Positions 38,351 through 52,049 of a stretch of 64,000 nucleotides of DNA are shown piece after piece (position 1 is the stretch's first letter; every line of letters starts with the position of its first letter). Position numbers and translations under genes: made by a program. Source of the stretch: Octopus sinensis (taxonomy: Eukaryota); the NCBI RefSeq assembly GCF_006345805.1, contig NC_043004.1:85684001-85748000 (forward strand), read 5' to 3'. The notes beneath the pieces were generated by a model. The model had not been told where the DNA came from, did not search any database, and saw only the letters and a list, made by a program, of their open reading frames with translations.

Positions 38351-38809
38351 CAAAAAGGACTCATGGGAAGTAAGCAAGCTACTTACCACACAGCCACGCC
38401 TGCGCCTATAGTGTTAAGGAATTCTACTATGTATTTTCGTTCAAGGAAAATGTTTTAAAGATGAGAAACGAAACTTTTAAAGGATACATTCTCGTTTATG
38501 CTTCTCTAGTATGCTAACACTGTATGTGAAGGGAATTACCTCAGACCAAAATAAAACTGAGTTAGGGACCCGTTTAATGATTGGAAATTTGCGACTCTAC
38601 ATTACCTAACATTATTACAGCAATTACGGGCGACAAGTGTATAGTGATTTCATGCTTTACTTCAGTTCTTGTATAGTGATGCGTTGCTAATTTCATTCGG
38701 GGTAAAATTTGTCTTACGCATGTCAAAGTTTATCGGGAGATTTATTATCTTTTAAATCACTCCGGCGCTAAATGAAAATAATTAAAACTAATATATAGAG
38801 AAACCTCTA

Positions 38810-39250
38810 AATACCTATAGCTGATCTCAGATTTTAGCACAAATTCAGCAGATTCATCTGAGGGAGCTAGTTGATAGTCTCGACCCCAGTGCCCAATTGG
38901 TACTTATTTTATTGATCTTGAATACTGAACTGCAAAGTCGAGCTTACTGGAATTTGAATTCAAAACGTAAATACAGATGAAATTTCGCTAACCATTTCGC
39001 CGGCGTGCTAACGATTTTTCTTAGTTAACCACCCTAATACTTGCTAAATATTGATTTCAAATTTTGGTACAATACCAGCAGATTGAGTGCTGGGGACAAG
39101 CCGATTACATCAACTGGTACATATTTCGTCAACTGCAAACGGATGCAAGGCTAAGTCGACTTCGGCAGAATTAGAAATCAGAATATGAAGCCGAATGAAA
39201 TGTCACTAAGCATTTCTTCCGTCTTATTAACGATCTAGCCAGCTTGCTGC
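38810..39250 (-). mobile_element. Two tandem SINE family A copies
   Basis: Reverse complements of the core and head (cggcgtgctaacga; aagtcgacttcggcagaatt). Confidence 0.75.
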
Positions 39251-39254
39251 CATC

Positions 39255-39625
39255 GTGGCACTCCGTCGGTTACGACGATGAGGGTTCCAGTCGATCCGAT
39301 CAATAGAACAGCTTGCTCGTGAAATTAACGTGCCAGTGACTGAGCGCTCCACAGACACATGTACCATTAACGTAGTTCTCGGAAACATTCAGCGTGACAC
39401 AGAGTGTGACAGGACTGACCCGTTGAAATACAGGTACAAAAGAAACAGGAAGAAAGAGTGAGAGAAACTTGTGGTAAAAGATTACAGCAGGGTTCGCCAC
39501 CACAACCTGCTGGAGCCTCAGGTGTTTTCGCTCAATAAATACTCACAATGCCCGCTCTGGGAATCGAAAGCCGCGATCCTACGACCACGAGCCCCTGCCC
39601 TTACTACTGGACCATTGCGCCTCTA
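39255..39625 (-). mobile_element. tRNA-derived SINE family C, full length
   Basis: Head gaggcgcaatggtccagtagtaagggcag...ttcgattccc (A/B boxes); body shared with 48560-48910 and ~43300-43400. Confidence 0.8.
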
Positions 39626-39664
39626 CTTGCCGCCATAATGTATCGTAAATATTAAAGAATTAAC

Positions 39665-40548
39665 TTAAGGCGGTGAGCTGACAGAATTGTTAGCACGCGG
39701 GGAAAATGCTTAGCGGGAATTCGTCTGTTTTTATGTCCTGAGCCGAAATTCCACCGAAGTCAATTTTTGTCTTGCACCCCGAAATTGGTGGCCGTTTGCC
39801 AAAATTTGAACCCGGCATTAAAAAGTAACTCCCCTTTTCACTTTAATTCTTTACTCGATTTAATCGTTTCCTCTTTCCATTATATTTGCAAAGCGAGGAA
39901 CATAATCACAAATAAACAAAGAAAATAGTTTCTTCGATAAACATATTTTCATAATTTAATTCCCATTTCTTTTTACAGGAATATGAGGAAGAACAAAAGA
40001 CTTATAACGAAGTCATTTTCTTAAGCTGATGTCTATTATTTTATTTCATTTTTATTTTATTTTTCATAATTCAGTTTTCAATTTGCAAAGTCCAAATTTT
40101 ACTTTTCTTAATATTTGTATTTATTATTCATGATTCAATTTTCAAAAAACTGTATTGTCAAAATTTTGTTGCTCCCAATTCAGTCGTGAACAGAGAGATA
40201 TGGGTGCTATAATTAATGATTTCTGCCCCCCTATAAGCATCATCCTGTCCTTTTCAAAGGCATTGTGTGTCAAGGACTGTACCATAATGCGTTCCTTTTT
40301 AAAACAGTAGAGGTTAATTTGATATTCTTGAGCTCGTGAGTGATATTACGTCGCACATTGGATAGATGGAAACCGCAAAGGTTGCACAAAAGTGCTTCGT
40401 GTCTCACTAGACCAGACGATTGCAGAAACGTTCACGTATCTGGCAAACAGTTCAATCCGAAATCTGTCATCGTGCGTTCGAATACTGATGCGGTCAACTT
40501 TACTTTTAATTTTTCCGGCAATGATAAAATGAAGTACTGGTGTCGATT

Positions 40549-40611
<63 letters not shown>

Positions 40612-40920
40612 TCCTGTTTTTCTCCCCCCTTTTATTCTTTTATTCAGAATCTTCTTTTCTCTCGGCATCAGCTGTCCTCCATCTGACTATCACAACTAGT
40701 TTCAATTTTTGGCACAAGTTCAGCAATTTAGGGAGGAGATAAGTCGATTATCTCGACCCCCTAGTATACAACTGTTACTTATTTAATTCATCCCGAAAAT
40801 ATTGAAAGGCAAAGTGAACCCCAGCATAATTTGAAGTCAGAACGAAAAGACGAACTAAACACTTCTAAGGGTTTTATTTTGGTCAGCATGCTAACGTTTC
40901 TACCTGTTCGCCGCCTTATC
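39665..40920. mobile_element. SINE family A copies (39665-39830 plus; 40690-40920 minus) around a (CT)n tract
   Basis: aaggcggtgagctgacagaattgttagcacg head and its reverse complement. Confidence 0.75.
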
Positions 40921-41186
40921 TGACTATCTCAGTTAAAAGTAGAGGTTGGCCGGGCCAATCCCTGAAAAAGGAGCGACTTGTGCTGTTATCTAACATGCTA
41001 CAAAAACTGTGCAAAGAAACAAAGAAAATCTTCGCAGCCCTGAAGCATAAAACCCATGCGAGGACGGCCGCAGACATAGTTATGACTTAGTTACGGATCT
41101 TTATCAGATTCTGATATGAAATCCCCTCAAATGATTGATTCAGTATACCAGGCATCTTTTGGAGTGAATTTAAAATGAAAATAAGA

Positions 41187-41263
<77 letters not shown>

Positions 41264-41268
41264 GTGTG

Positions 41269-41330
<62 letters not shown>

Positions 41331-41481
41331 TACTAGTGCTTAACAGCTTCGTGGTTTCGGCGTTCAATTCTTACGCGCGATACATTATGTATATGTGTGT
41401 GTGTGTGTATATATATGCGTATGGAAGTATGTAGGACACGGTGTGCGTATATGTATATATATATATATTATATATATATAT

Positions 41482-41535
<54 letters not shown>

Positions 41536-41770
41536 CGATAGATAGATATGTGGTGTATATAGGACACGTCTATACAAGATAAATAAAAAGAGAGAAAATA
41601 TGTTGTACAAATATTAGACTAACATCTCAAGGTTTCTCCTTGGTGCTCGAATAGATTATTTACTGATGTTACTCATATATCTGTGTTCATGTATATGTAT
41701 ACATATACAAACATGCATACACACGCACACGCACACACACGCACACGCACACACGCACACACGCACACAC

Positions 41771-41819
<49 letters not shown>

Positions 41820-42795
41820 TATATATATTATACATATGTGTGTGTGTGTGTGTGTGTGTGTGTTATATATATATATATATATATAATGTCGGCTTGTGCT
41901 ACATTGGTTCGATGTGCATGTATATATATATATGCATGTTGTTACACAAAATCTTATATATGTCGCAAAAGTTTGCGAAATGAAGCATTTAAGATCATTT
42001 GGTAAACACGTTGTGTATGGGACCGGCTGTTTTAAAATTTTTAATGTATATATTCATGATAAAACAAAACTCGAATAAAACTCCGGCAAAGAAGACATGT
42101 TCTAACCTTGTTTGTTCGTTTATCTTATTTTATTTCGCTCACTGTATGTCTGTATAATTTATGTTTTATTTTTTTATATTTATTTGTTTGGCTAATTCAG
42201 TCTATCAGAAAATATGTCATCTCAATATCCCGTTACAGAACAAAATAACACGCTTGAGAAAGAAATCTTCTATAATTTGCATATTTTATCTAACTAAACT
42301 TCAGTTAAGCTGAGGCAAAATTTGAGGGAAAAAATACATTCAAGAAATATAATAAAACAGATACAACCAGCATATGCACAAACAAAAGAAAAGAAACATT
42401 TAACATATAGATTATAAGATACAGCATTCATTTTCTTTAGACAGATTGTTTTGTTGTACATGTTGAGAATGAAAGATTGTGGAAAATACTAAACGGATAT
42501 TCCATGCAAATCATTTTCCGTACAGGATAATTGTTGAATTGGAAATGTTTAGATATCTGTAAAAGTTACTGCGCATTTGAACTGCGAGATTTTTTTTTCA
42601 CGCCATACTACAAAATTCAAAGATAAATTTATATACATACAAACATACATACATACATACATACATACATACATACATACATACATACATACATACATAC
42701 ATACATACACACACACATATATATATATATACATAAATACATATATATACATTTATGTATATGCATATGTATATATATATATATATATGTACGTA

Positions 42796-42834
<39 letters not shown>

Positions 42835-43586
42835 GTGTATATATATATATATGTATATACATATAAATATACAGCTATATATATACATGCATACATATAT
42901 ACATAGATAGGTACATAAATTTATATATATATATATATATATGTATATCTATGGAGATATATACATGTATATATATATATGTGTGTATGTGTATGTGTGT
43001 GTATATGTATGAATGCATATGTATTTATCACATATAAATACAGAAACATTTATGTTGTTTTGCATAAATATTACTTACGGTTGTAAATTCTTTTTTTTTC
43101 TTTTTACTTTATTATCTTAGGTCGTTATGGAATGTTAAATAATACAAAATGAATCGAACAAAACTTAAATAAATCTTTTGAATTCTTTTCTAAATTTTTT
43201 CATAAGAAAAATATTTCTGAATGAAAAATTTCTAAAATTCTATTCGATCAATATGTCTGCCAACACGAAGAATTGTAAAAATGGCTGACAGTTCTACCCT
43301 TAACTTTATGTTCAGACACTCTCAGCGTGACACGGTGACAAGGCTTGGCATTCAAATCACAATATCTACCCATCCGACTGTTTGAGTTGTCGATCAATGT
43401 AATACTTCTCAAAAATATACATAGTTTTATTCTTAAGATCCAAAATTAACTTCTGGCTGTTGAAGTATTTTCAATTGCTTCCTGTATTGCCTGGTATTTG
43501 AATAGTGTCATATTTTTCATTACTCCAAGCTACTTCCATATATAAATATGTAAATAAATAAATAAATAAATAAATATATATATATA

Positions 43587-43979
43587 TCTTTATATATAAA
43601 AGTCAAGTTGTGTGTCTGTCTCCTACGATTTAGATTCTTAACTACTCCCACATTTTGCGGTGCAGTTTAACCAAAACCGGGTATCTTATAGTCGGGATTC
43701 ATATCGAGCCCTTCTGGGTATTAGCGCGCGTCTACGATGAGTCTACGATTTTTAAAAAACTTTACCATCATTTCTTTCCATTTTAATGCATTTTTTCGCT
43801 ATTATATAAGGGAAGTAACTCTCTAAAAATGTCTACGATGAGTCAACGATTTAAAAAAAAATTACCATAATTTTTTCCATTTTTAATGCATCTTTTGCTT
43901 TTTTTGGCTATAACTCTCTAAAAATGCTTATATAGTTATTTCCCTTACAAACCCGAGCAACGCCGGGCGATACTGCTAG
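43587..43979 (+). mobile_element. Non-autonomous Helitron
   Basis: A|TC start, subterminal hairpin cccg-agcaacgc-cggg, CTAG|T end; internal ~85-bp tandem duplication. Confidence 0.85.
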
Positions 43980-44045
43980 TATATATATATACATGTATGA
44001 ATGTATATATATAATATATATATATACATACATATATATATATAT

Positions 44046-44103
<58 letters not shown>

Positions 44104-44204
44104 GCATAGATAGAGACAGAGAAAAATGGATAGACATATATACATATATATATATAACTTAAATGCCAATATATATAAATATAAAGATATATACACACAC
44201 ATAG

Positions 44205-44540
44205 ACCCACTACCAACCACATGGTTCCGGATTCAATCCCAGTGCGTGGCTCTTTGGGCAAGCGTCCTCTACTATAACCTCGGCCGACCAAAGGTTTGTG
44301 AGTGAATTCGGTAAACGGAAACTGAAAGAATCCTGTCGTATATATACATGTGTGTGTGTGTGAGTGTATGTATGTATATGTATATCTTCGGGTGTCTATG
44401 ATTGTTCCCCCACCATCGCTTGACAACCGATGTTAGTGTGCTTACGTCCCCGTAACTTAGCGGTTCGGCAAAAATGATCGATAGAATAAGTCCTGGGGTC
44501 GATTTGTTCGATTAAAGGCGGTGACTGAAACAAATGAAAG
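44205..44540 (+). mobile_element. SINE family B
   Basis: ccaaccacatggttccgg..ttgggcaagcgtcc..cggccgacc..; tail gattaaaggcggtgactgaaac. Confidence 0.8.
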
Positions 44541-45246
44541 AATACACTCACACACACACATATATAATTTATGAATACAGTTTGTCAGGGTATGCATGTA
44601 TACAAAATGAAGTGCTGCGCCAATCACCCAAACTTTTGCGTGGGGACTTCTGTCAATGTATGGAGAAAATTAGGACATATATACTGGAACCTCAGAACTG
44701 CTGTGAATGGCTACAATGGAGTAAACTCCCACAAAATCAATCGCAGACAAGGCTACAGTGTAAAACTAGACAAGTGAGTAAACGTAGAATCCAACAACTC
44801 GTAGCGACTACAGACGGAACAAATACCACCAGGAAAATACAACTGACGTGAATCACGAATTTATGTAGTGGAAATATGTAGTCAGTGCATTGTGTTAATG
44901 TGTTTGTATATATATGTGTGTGTATATATATGTGTGTGTATATATGTGTGTGTGTGTATTTCTGTATGTAAGTATATCTTTGTGTATGCGTGTGTGCAGT
45001 GTATATAAATATATATGTTGCAGCCGTCCTTCGGTTTTTGTAAGCCCCGCAAAATAATTTGAAAGGTTGAGCAACGAGCAAGGCTTTTCGCGATACCCAA
45101 TAAAAAAAAAATTTCACCAGTCCCTCGTACATGTATTTATAACCATATACATACATAGGTACATATATACCTACGTACATACAAGCATACATACATACAT
45201 AATTCATACATACATACATACATACATACATACATACATACATACA

Positions 45247-46322
45247 TTATGGCTGCCCCCTCGTTATCGAGTATGGCCATTGCACGAAGATTAACTGTTA
45301 CTGGTGCTGTGATCGAATGTGACTTTTTAGCCCAGCTAAAGATCTACAATGTCTTGTACAAAATTGGCAACTAAGACCTTTACTGGTAATAGCCGGCTGT
45401 AGTTGTAACTGGGCTTCATGTACCTTTGCATGTCGTTTAAGTCCTCCTGCCGAATTACACTCTCTTCCACATGCCCGACAGATATGATTAGTATGGTGTG
45501 TTACACCACCACCAGTGGGCAGGTTGTCACTCATCTGTCTCGTTTTATGACTACGAAGAGGACTCATGAGTCCAGCTTTACTGAGGCAGGGTCCTGCACA
45601 GACATTGCATGTCAGAATCAAAGGAGGACCCTTCCCTTCTGGAAGTGTAACAGCGATGCCCTTCCTGACATCCCCCCTTACTTTCTCATGTGCAACTCGA
45701 GATTTCTCAAACGTGGCTGTCCCCTCATGCACAATCCTTTTCCACCTGCTATGATCAATAGCTATGCTTTCCCATGTGTCAGGAGAGATGCAAGCATCTC
45801 TTCAGGAAGCCTTCAGCAAGTCCTTATACCTCTTTTTTGGTTTATGTAGAGGTTCTCCTTTAGCTAACTCTCCATAAAAGAGTTGTTTTGACATCCTTGA
45901 ATCCTTCATTCTGACCGGATGACCACTCCATCTGAGCCTTTCCTTTAACACAAGAGCTTCTATACTTACACACCGAGAGCCTTCGAGTATTTCAAGATCA
46001 CTGATGCGGTCCTTCCACTTAATGCTATAGATCCGTCTGAGACACATCTGATGGAAACGTTCCAGATGTTTAAGGTGGTATCGATATGTGACCCACGTCT
46101 CGCAGGCATAGAGAAGAGAAGGGAGCACACATGCCTTGTACACCTTTATCTTTGTCTTTCTGCATATGTCTCGCCGACTCCAGAGGCGCTTTTCTAGCCT
46201 TCCGAAAGCAATACTTGCTTTCCTAATTCTATATGGAACTTCATCATCCACATTGCCATATCTATTAATAGTGCTTCCCAGGTAGACAAACTGATCGACT
46301 ACATCAAGTCGTTTATCATTCA
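45247..46322 (-). pseudogene. RTE-clade LINE, 5'-truncated; RT thumb to C-terminus with three C2H2-type fingers; inside (TATG)n
   Basis: FVYLGS, TKIKVYKACVLPSLLYACETW, RLRWSGHPVRM, QLFYGEL and PKKRYKD motifs, then three C-x2-C-x12-H-x3/4-H type units. Confidence 0.9.
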
Positions 46323-46599
46323 CATACATACATACATACATACATACATACATACATACATACATACATACATACACATGCATGCATGCATACATACATA
46401 CATACATACATACATACATACATACATACATACATACATACATACATACATACATACATACATACATACATACATACTGGAATTAATAACAACATTTTCA
46501 GCTGACATAAGAATGAAATGTGACCAAAACATTTGTCGTTATTAAAGTCTTGAACTAGGAAAAATTAGTTCCCTAGACACAAATCCTCTGCGTCAGTGG

Positions 46600-47355
46600 T
46601 CTTACTGAGACACCAGTTCTCCACAAAGAAGGCTGCAAGTACTTTGGCATTGATGAAGATAGCAACATTGACATGAAGAGAACCCTTTCTTGATCTCGTG
46701 ACTGCTACACAACCCTTCAAATGCTATGCATTTAAAATCGAAGAACAGGAGAATGCTATTTACCTAATCAACAAAAGAATCAGTGAAATCCTTGGAGTTC
46801 CATGATGCAACTGTACATATAGATTATGTCATATTTCTATCAAGGCACTACCTCCCTTTGCAGTATGCGATGTCGCAAAAAATATACAATGACATTCGGA
46901 TAAAAGGCAGTCCTGGAATAGATACAGGGCATACCCCTGTTATTGAATACGTACACAAATACCAGCGCAAGAAATACTGGTTGAACATTCTCATCAGAAC
47001 ATCTGTCAAATGTAAGCCTTACAAACCGGATATTGTTGTTTGAGACAGACAAGGAAAAGTATGCACCGTCATAGAGTGCCGCTGTCCTGTTGATGCGAAT
47101 ATCTCTTTGAATTTCAAAGAGAAAGAAGATAACTATGGACAACTGCTTCGAAACTCCAGCTTCTATATCCGGATTATAAATTCCTATTTAAACCAATAAG
47201 AATTGGAGTTATTTGTTATGTAAGTAAATGCCTAACTGTCAGTCTCGATAAGCTTGGATTTTCAGAAAAGTTAATCAACCGATTCGCATATTACAAACAC
47301 AAACTGTAAGCGGAGCAGTAAAACTATGCAAGACTTTTCTTAAGTTTAAAATGTG
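46600..47355 (+). pseudogene. R4/Dong-like non-LTR element C-terminus with restriction-like (PD-D/ExK) endonuclease, decayed
   Basis: YAFKIEEQE, remnant CCHC region, HYLPLQY, KPDIVV.DR..K.C.VIE..CP.D, EKEDNY..L and TVSGAVKLCKTFLKF. Confidence 0.7.
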
Positions 47356-47899
47356 GCATTGTTTTCCTTATCTACATTCTAATAATGGAGTCTTGCATCT
47401 TTGTTAGAAACCAGCTCCTTCGTCAGAAGAAGAATTTAGATGATTAACCACAGAAGAGACACGTACACACACACGTATACATGTACATACATGCATACAT
47501 AAATACAATGTGAATGCAATTGACAAATAAAATGTAACACAGGGAAACAAAACTGGATAAATGATGCATTTTCTTAATAATTTAATGTATGTCTTTGTGG
47601 TTGTGTCTGACCCACATTCACACAAACACACATCGCTTGGCAATTGGTGTTTGTTTGCTTACGTTCCCGTAAAAAGAAGACGCATAAATAAGTAACAGAG
47701 ATTAAAAAATAATAATTACTGAAGTCAGTTTTTCGAGTCGGCGCCCCAACATGGCTGCAGTTCAATGATTGAGACAAGCAGACGATATGAAAGATGAAAG
47801 ATAAAAGACTTACTATTTACAATCGGTCGACGCAGACGATCGGTAGTTTTCTCAGACTCCACCGTTACATTTTAAAGTAAATGGGTTTAAGTGATGTCG

Positions 47900-48110
47900 T
47901 AGAAGAAGAAGAAGAAGAAGAAGAAGAAGAAGAAGAAGAAGAAGAGAAGAAGAAGAAGAAGAAGAAGAAGAAGAAGAAGAAGAAGAAGAAGAAGAAGAAG
48001 AAGAAGAAGAAAAAGGAGGAGAAGAAGAAGAAGAAGAAGAAGAAGAAGAAGGAGAAGAAGAAGAAGAGAAGAAGAAGAAGAAGACAAGAGCAAGAACAAA
48101 GAAAGAAGAG
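47900..48110. repeat. (GAA)n purine tract, ~210 bp
   Basis: Directly visible. Confidence 0.95.
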
Positions 48111-48429
48111 ATGAGAAGTTCTAGAAGTACGTTACTTTTCTGCTTGTAGTTATTATTTATGATGTGTCAATCAAACAGAAAATGTCTTCTCTGACTGCTT
48201 TCAAGACCGCCAGTCAGTTCAGTCAAATTTGTCAGTGTTGTGAATAATATATTCATTCGTTAAAAACAAATATAAACGCCGCATATGGAAAGTCGACAGA
48301 ATCATCTCCAGCGTCGCTGTTCTTATTTTATATATATTGTCTATAGACTTACTTGATTTTTTTTTAATAATTGAGAACGAGATTTTGTTGCTTTCAATTT
48401 TCAATAAATAAAATTTATATAGACACAGA

Positions 48430-48910
48430 AATGACTTTGTGGTTTAAGAAGCTCGCTTTATAACCACTTGGTTTCGGGTTTATCCCCACCCCCAACTGCA
48501 TGGCACTCTGGGTACGTTCTTAGTGTCGTCTCCTTGAGCTCCAGTGAATCTCTTTGAGAACTATATTAAGGCGACGCTGTTTGAGGAGTGTTCAGCCACT
48601 TGCACGTTAATTTAACGGGCAATTTGTTTTTAATACTCGTCGTCGTAACTGAGTGGAGGCACACGGCCTAGTGGTTAAGGCAGCGGACTCGGAGTCGAGG
48701 GACTGCGGGTTCGAATCTCACACCGGGCGATGCGTGTGTTTATGAGCGAAACACCTAAGCGCCACGCTGTTCCAGCAGAAGGTAATTGCCAACCTCTGCT
48801 GACTCTTTCGCCACAACTTTCTCTCACTCTTTCCTCCTGCATCTTGCAGGCGTCCCATCCAAGTGGGGAACCTATACGCCAAGGAAACTGGGAAACCAGC
48901 CCTATGAGTC
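48430..48910 (+). mobile_element. SINE remnants followed by a family C SINE (tRNA-like head at 48655-48730)
   Basis: ggcctagtggttaaggcagcggactc...ggttcgaatc A/B boxes; body 'gagcgaaacacctaag', 'gcgtcccatcca..ggaaactggg'. Confidence 0.8.
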
Positions 48911-49744
48911 AACCGTGTCTTGAGAGGGAACAAACAACAAACAACGTCGTAACTGACAGAGTGGCAGGCCGCTTCAGTCAGATATGTAACGATATCCCAC
49001 ATAACGCACTTCCGGAGCTTTGAGGAAAACGAAGTAAGTCGTTCAAAGACTGACATCCTGCAAAACAATGGACTTTGTTAAATTTTCCCAGTGAACAGCC
49101 AACGAATTAAACATTTTTAACTGTATTTTAGCCTTGACTAAGGAAGCATATGAACATGGGTACTCCAACTGAGAGAACACAATGATATATTTCGATATAA
49201 AACATTCAAGACCGCGAACTGTGATGCATCTTAAATTTCCTACACTAAGGGTGTCTTTAAAGGAGGTTCTACTAATTCGAGTGACATGTGGTTTCTTGTT
49301 TATAGCATTGTTTCAAATAGGAAATAGTGCATGCATGTACAGATGTATTTGTGTGCGTGCATGTATGCATATATATGTATGAACAGAGAGACGCTGACAG
49401 AGGGTCAGTTTGATTGATTGATTGAGAGAGAGAGAGAGCGAGAGAGAGAGAGATTTAGGAATGCGTAGTTTTGGCACATTCAAACTATGTTTAATCATGA
49501 TAAATATTGCCGTAGATCTGAATATTCTAAAAGAGATATATCACGATGCGTTACTTTGAATAGAAGTGTCTCTTCATTCACAGATGAGCACAAGCAGGAA
49601 AAGACAGAGAAACATGCAGACGCCTGCATATACATACGCAGATCTCATTCTCTGAATGTGTGTGTATGTCTGCGTGTTTGTGTGTTTGTGTTTGAGTGCG
49701 TGTGTATCTGTACACACATGCACAACACACACATAGACATAAAC

Positions 49745-50115
49745 ATAGATATGTGTGTGTCGAATCATCTGAGTGCACAAAGAAAACAAACGGGAGATAG
49801 GATAAGCTTGTGCTGGTAGTGTAATATATGCTGTTATTTTGTAAAACAAAGACGCTTGATATTTCAGACACTGGTCCTTCATCGGAATAACAATTAGGAG
49901 ACGTATGTATATGTGTGTGTGTGTGTGTGTGGAATCAACTGAGTGCACGAAGAAGACAAAGGGGAGATAGGATAAGTTTTAACATTTTCAGTTAGTTTAA
50001 TATATGAAGTTATTTTGACGCTTAAAGCAAAGACGGTTAACGTTTCGAATAGTGGTTCTTCATCGGAAAAACAATTAGGGAACGTATACGTATATATATA
50101 TATATATGTGGTGTC
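49745..50115 (-). repeat. Two tandem ~175-bp units, each with a minimal HHR-like motif (49858-49885; 50039-50066)
   Basis: The units share ctgagtgcac, gggagataggataag and caattagg; CCGATGA...GAAATATC and CCGATGA...GAAACGTT on the minus strand. Confidence 0.65.
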
Positions 50116-51062
50116 TCTGTGTGTGTGTGTGTCTGTGTCTGTGTCAGTGTAGATATTTATGTAATGAATTGTAAATTACATCCTCAGCTGTGCACGTGGG
50201 TCTTTGTTATGCAAGTTCATCAAGTGACGTCTCTTAGTATGTCCTATGCCGCCTCACTTGTCACTCCTTCCACGACCGACATACTATCATCTGAACTTCC
50301 AAAGTGTACTTTGGCTTCTCTCGAGACCTTCAATTGCGAATTTCATATATTTCTTAGGAGAAGCTGCTGCTGATCTCCTCGTCAATTTTCCTTTCTTACA
50401 GAGTCATCATCCTCATCAGAATTCGCATTTGAATGACAACGGCTTCTCGGAGATCAACCAATGCCGATAGAAAAAAAAATTATTTTATCGACTCAGGAAT
50501 GATGAACAGTGATTTGGAAAATCCCTGGATTTGAACACAGAACGCAAAGTAGTGAAACATATACCATAAACTTTTGTTATTCTACGAATCAACTGAACCT
50601 GTTCGGTATTCTAAGGTAGCTGAAACATTGTGTCTCGCATTGTTCACATTCTTTACAGGTTTATACCCCAATACTGTCCCTTATTCCTGCTTCTTGCTCA
50701 GATGCCTCCTTCAATTGCCTTCCTTTAACTGCCCCCCACGAAACCTGATTTTTCTTGAGTCCACCTCAATACTCATCTCTTATTATCAATTCCTCTAGTT
50801 TCATTCTTACACACTTTGCTACTTAGCCATCTTTTTCTCTTCCTCTACTCCTGGTCTTTCTCGTATACTTACTTTATACTTTATTCTCTATATCATTCAT
50901 CTATCTACATATCTAGCTACCTATTAATCTATGTGCCTGTCTGTATACCTACATATGTATCTGCCAACCTATCTATCTATCTAAGTGTCTACCTGCATAT
51001 TTGTCTATCCATTTATCTATTTCTCTCACTCTCTCTGTATATATATAAACATATATGTATAT

Positions 51063-51150
<88 letters not shown>

Positions 51151-51180
51151 GTGTGTATGTGTGTGGTGTGTGTGTGTGTG

Positions 51181-51926
51181 TTATAAATTAAATATAAGGA
51201 TAAAATCTAAGTTTTTATCAAGTAGACTGCGTATGAAATCAATTAAGGTAAAACAAATTATACTAAGTATGTATGTTTTTTAAATACATTATTACATTCA
51301 GGGTTGTTACAATAAGTAAAGCTACATGCTACAAAGTAACGCTAAAGTCAATATAGTTTATCGAAATATACACACGCGCTGAAGTCGAGGAAATTAATAC
51401 AGAAAAAAATTCTTTTAAAAAGTTTCAGTTGCATATCGAAACGACTTCATGGTCAGCACTGTAACACGCTCTCACTCGTCAGTGCAAACATAAGCAGTAA
51501 ATATATAAATACAAACACTTATACATACCATACGAACACAACGCATCAACAGAGCCTATACAAATGTTCACACTTATACATCCATGAAAGTACTTCAATC
51601 TTGTTCATCTCAACCACGTGTGTATAACCAAAAGAATACAGCACTGAATATATTCCGGTTTAGTATTTATCAATTAAATATAAGGATAAAATCTATATAA
51701 GATTTTATCAAGTATCCAGCGTGTAAATTCTATTACGGTAAAATATTAATACTAAGTATATATATTTTTTTAAATACATGATTACTTTAAGGGCTGTTAC
51801 TATAAGGAAAGCCACACGCTGGAACGGGACGCTAAAGTCAAACTACGTTATCAAAAGATATACACGTTCTGAAGTCGAGGAAATGAACAAAGAAAAAACT
51901 TCTTTTAAAAAGGTTCAGTTGCATAT
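51181..51926. repeat. Diverged ~255-bp direct duplication (51181-51436 and 51667-51926)
   Basis: Shared blocks aattaaatataaggataaaatct, acgctaaagtcaa, ctgaagtcgaggaaat, tcttttaaaaag, cagttgcatat. Confidence 0.85.
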
Positions 51927-52049
51927 TTATGTATATATATATATGTGCGTGAGTATGTATGTATCGAGCTATCTGTCTGTTCCTCCTTGTGTCTGCATGT
52001 ATTTCTATCTGTGTCTCTTCTATCTGTCTCTTCAGATATTTAATTCGCA

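Noticed and set aside
47401-47426. CTGACGA on the minus strand
   Set aside because: No GAAA follows stem II; too degraded to count as an HHR.
48655-48730. tRNA-like sequences (also 39560-39625 and 62265-62332)
   Set aside because: They have A/B boxes but run into SINE bodies and lack a complete cloverleaf or acceptor stem, so they are SINE heads rather than tRNA genes.
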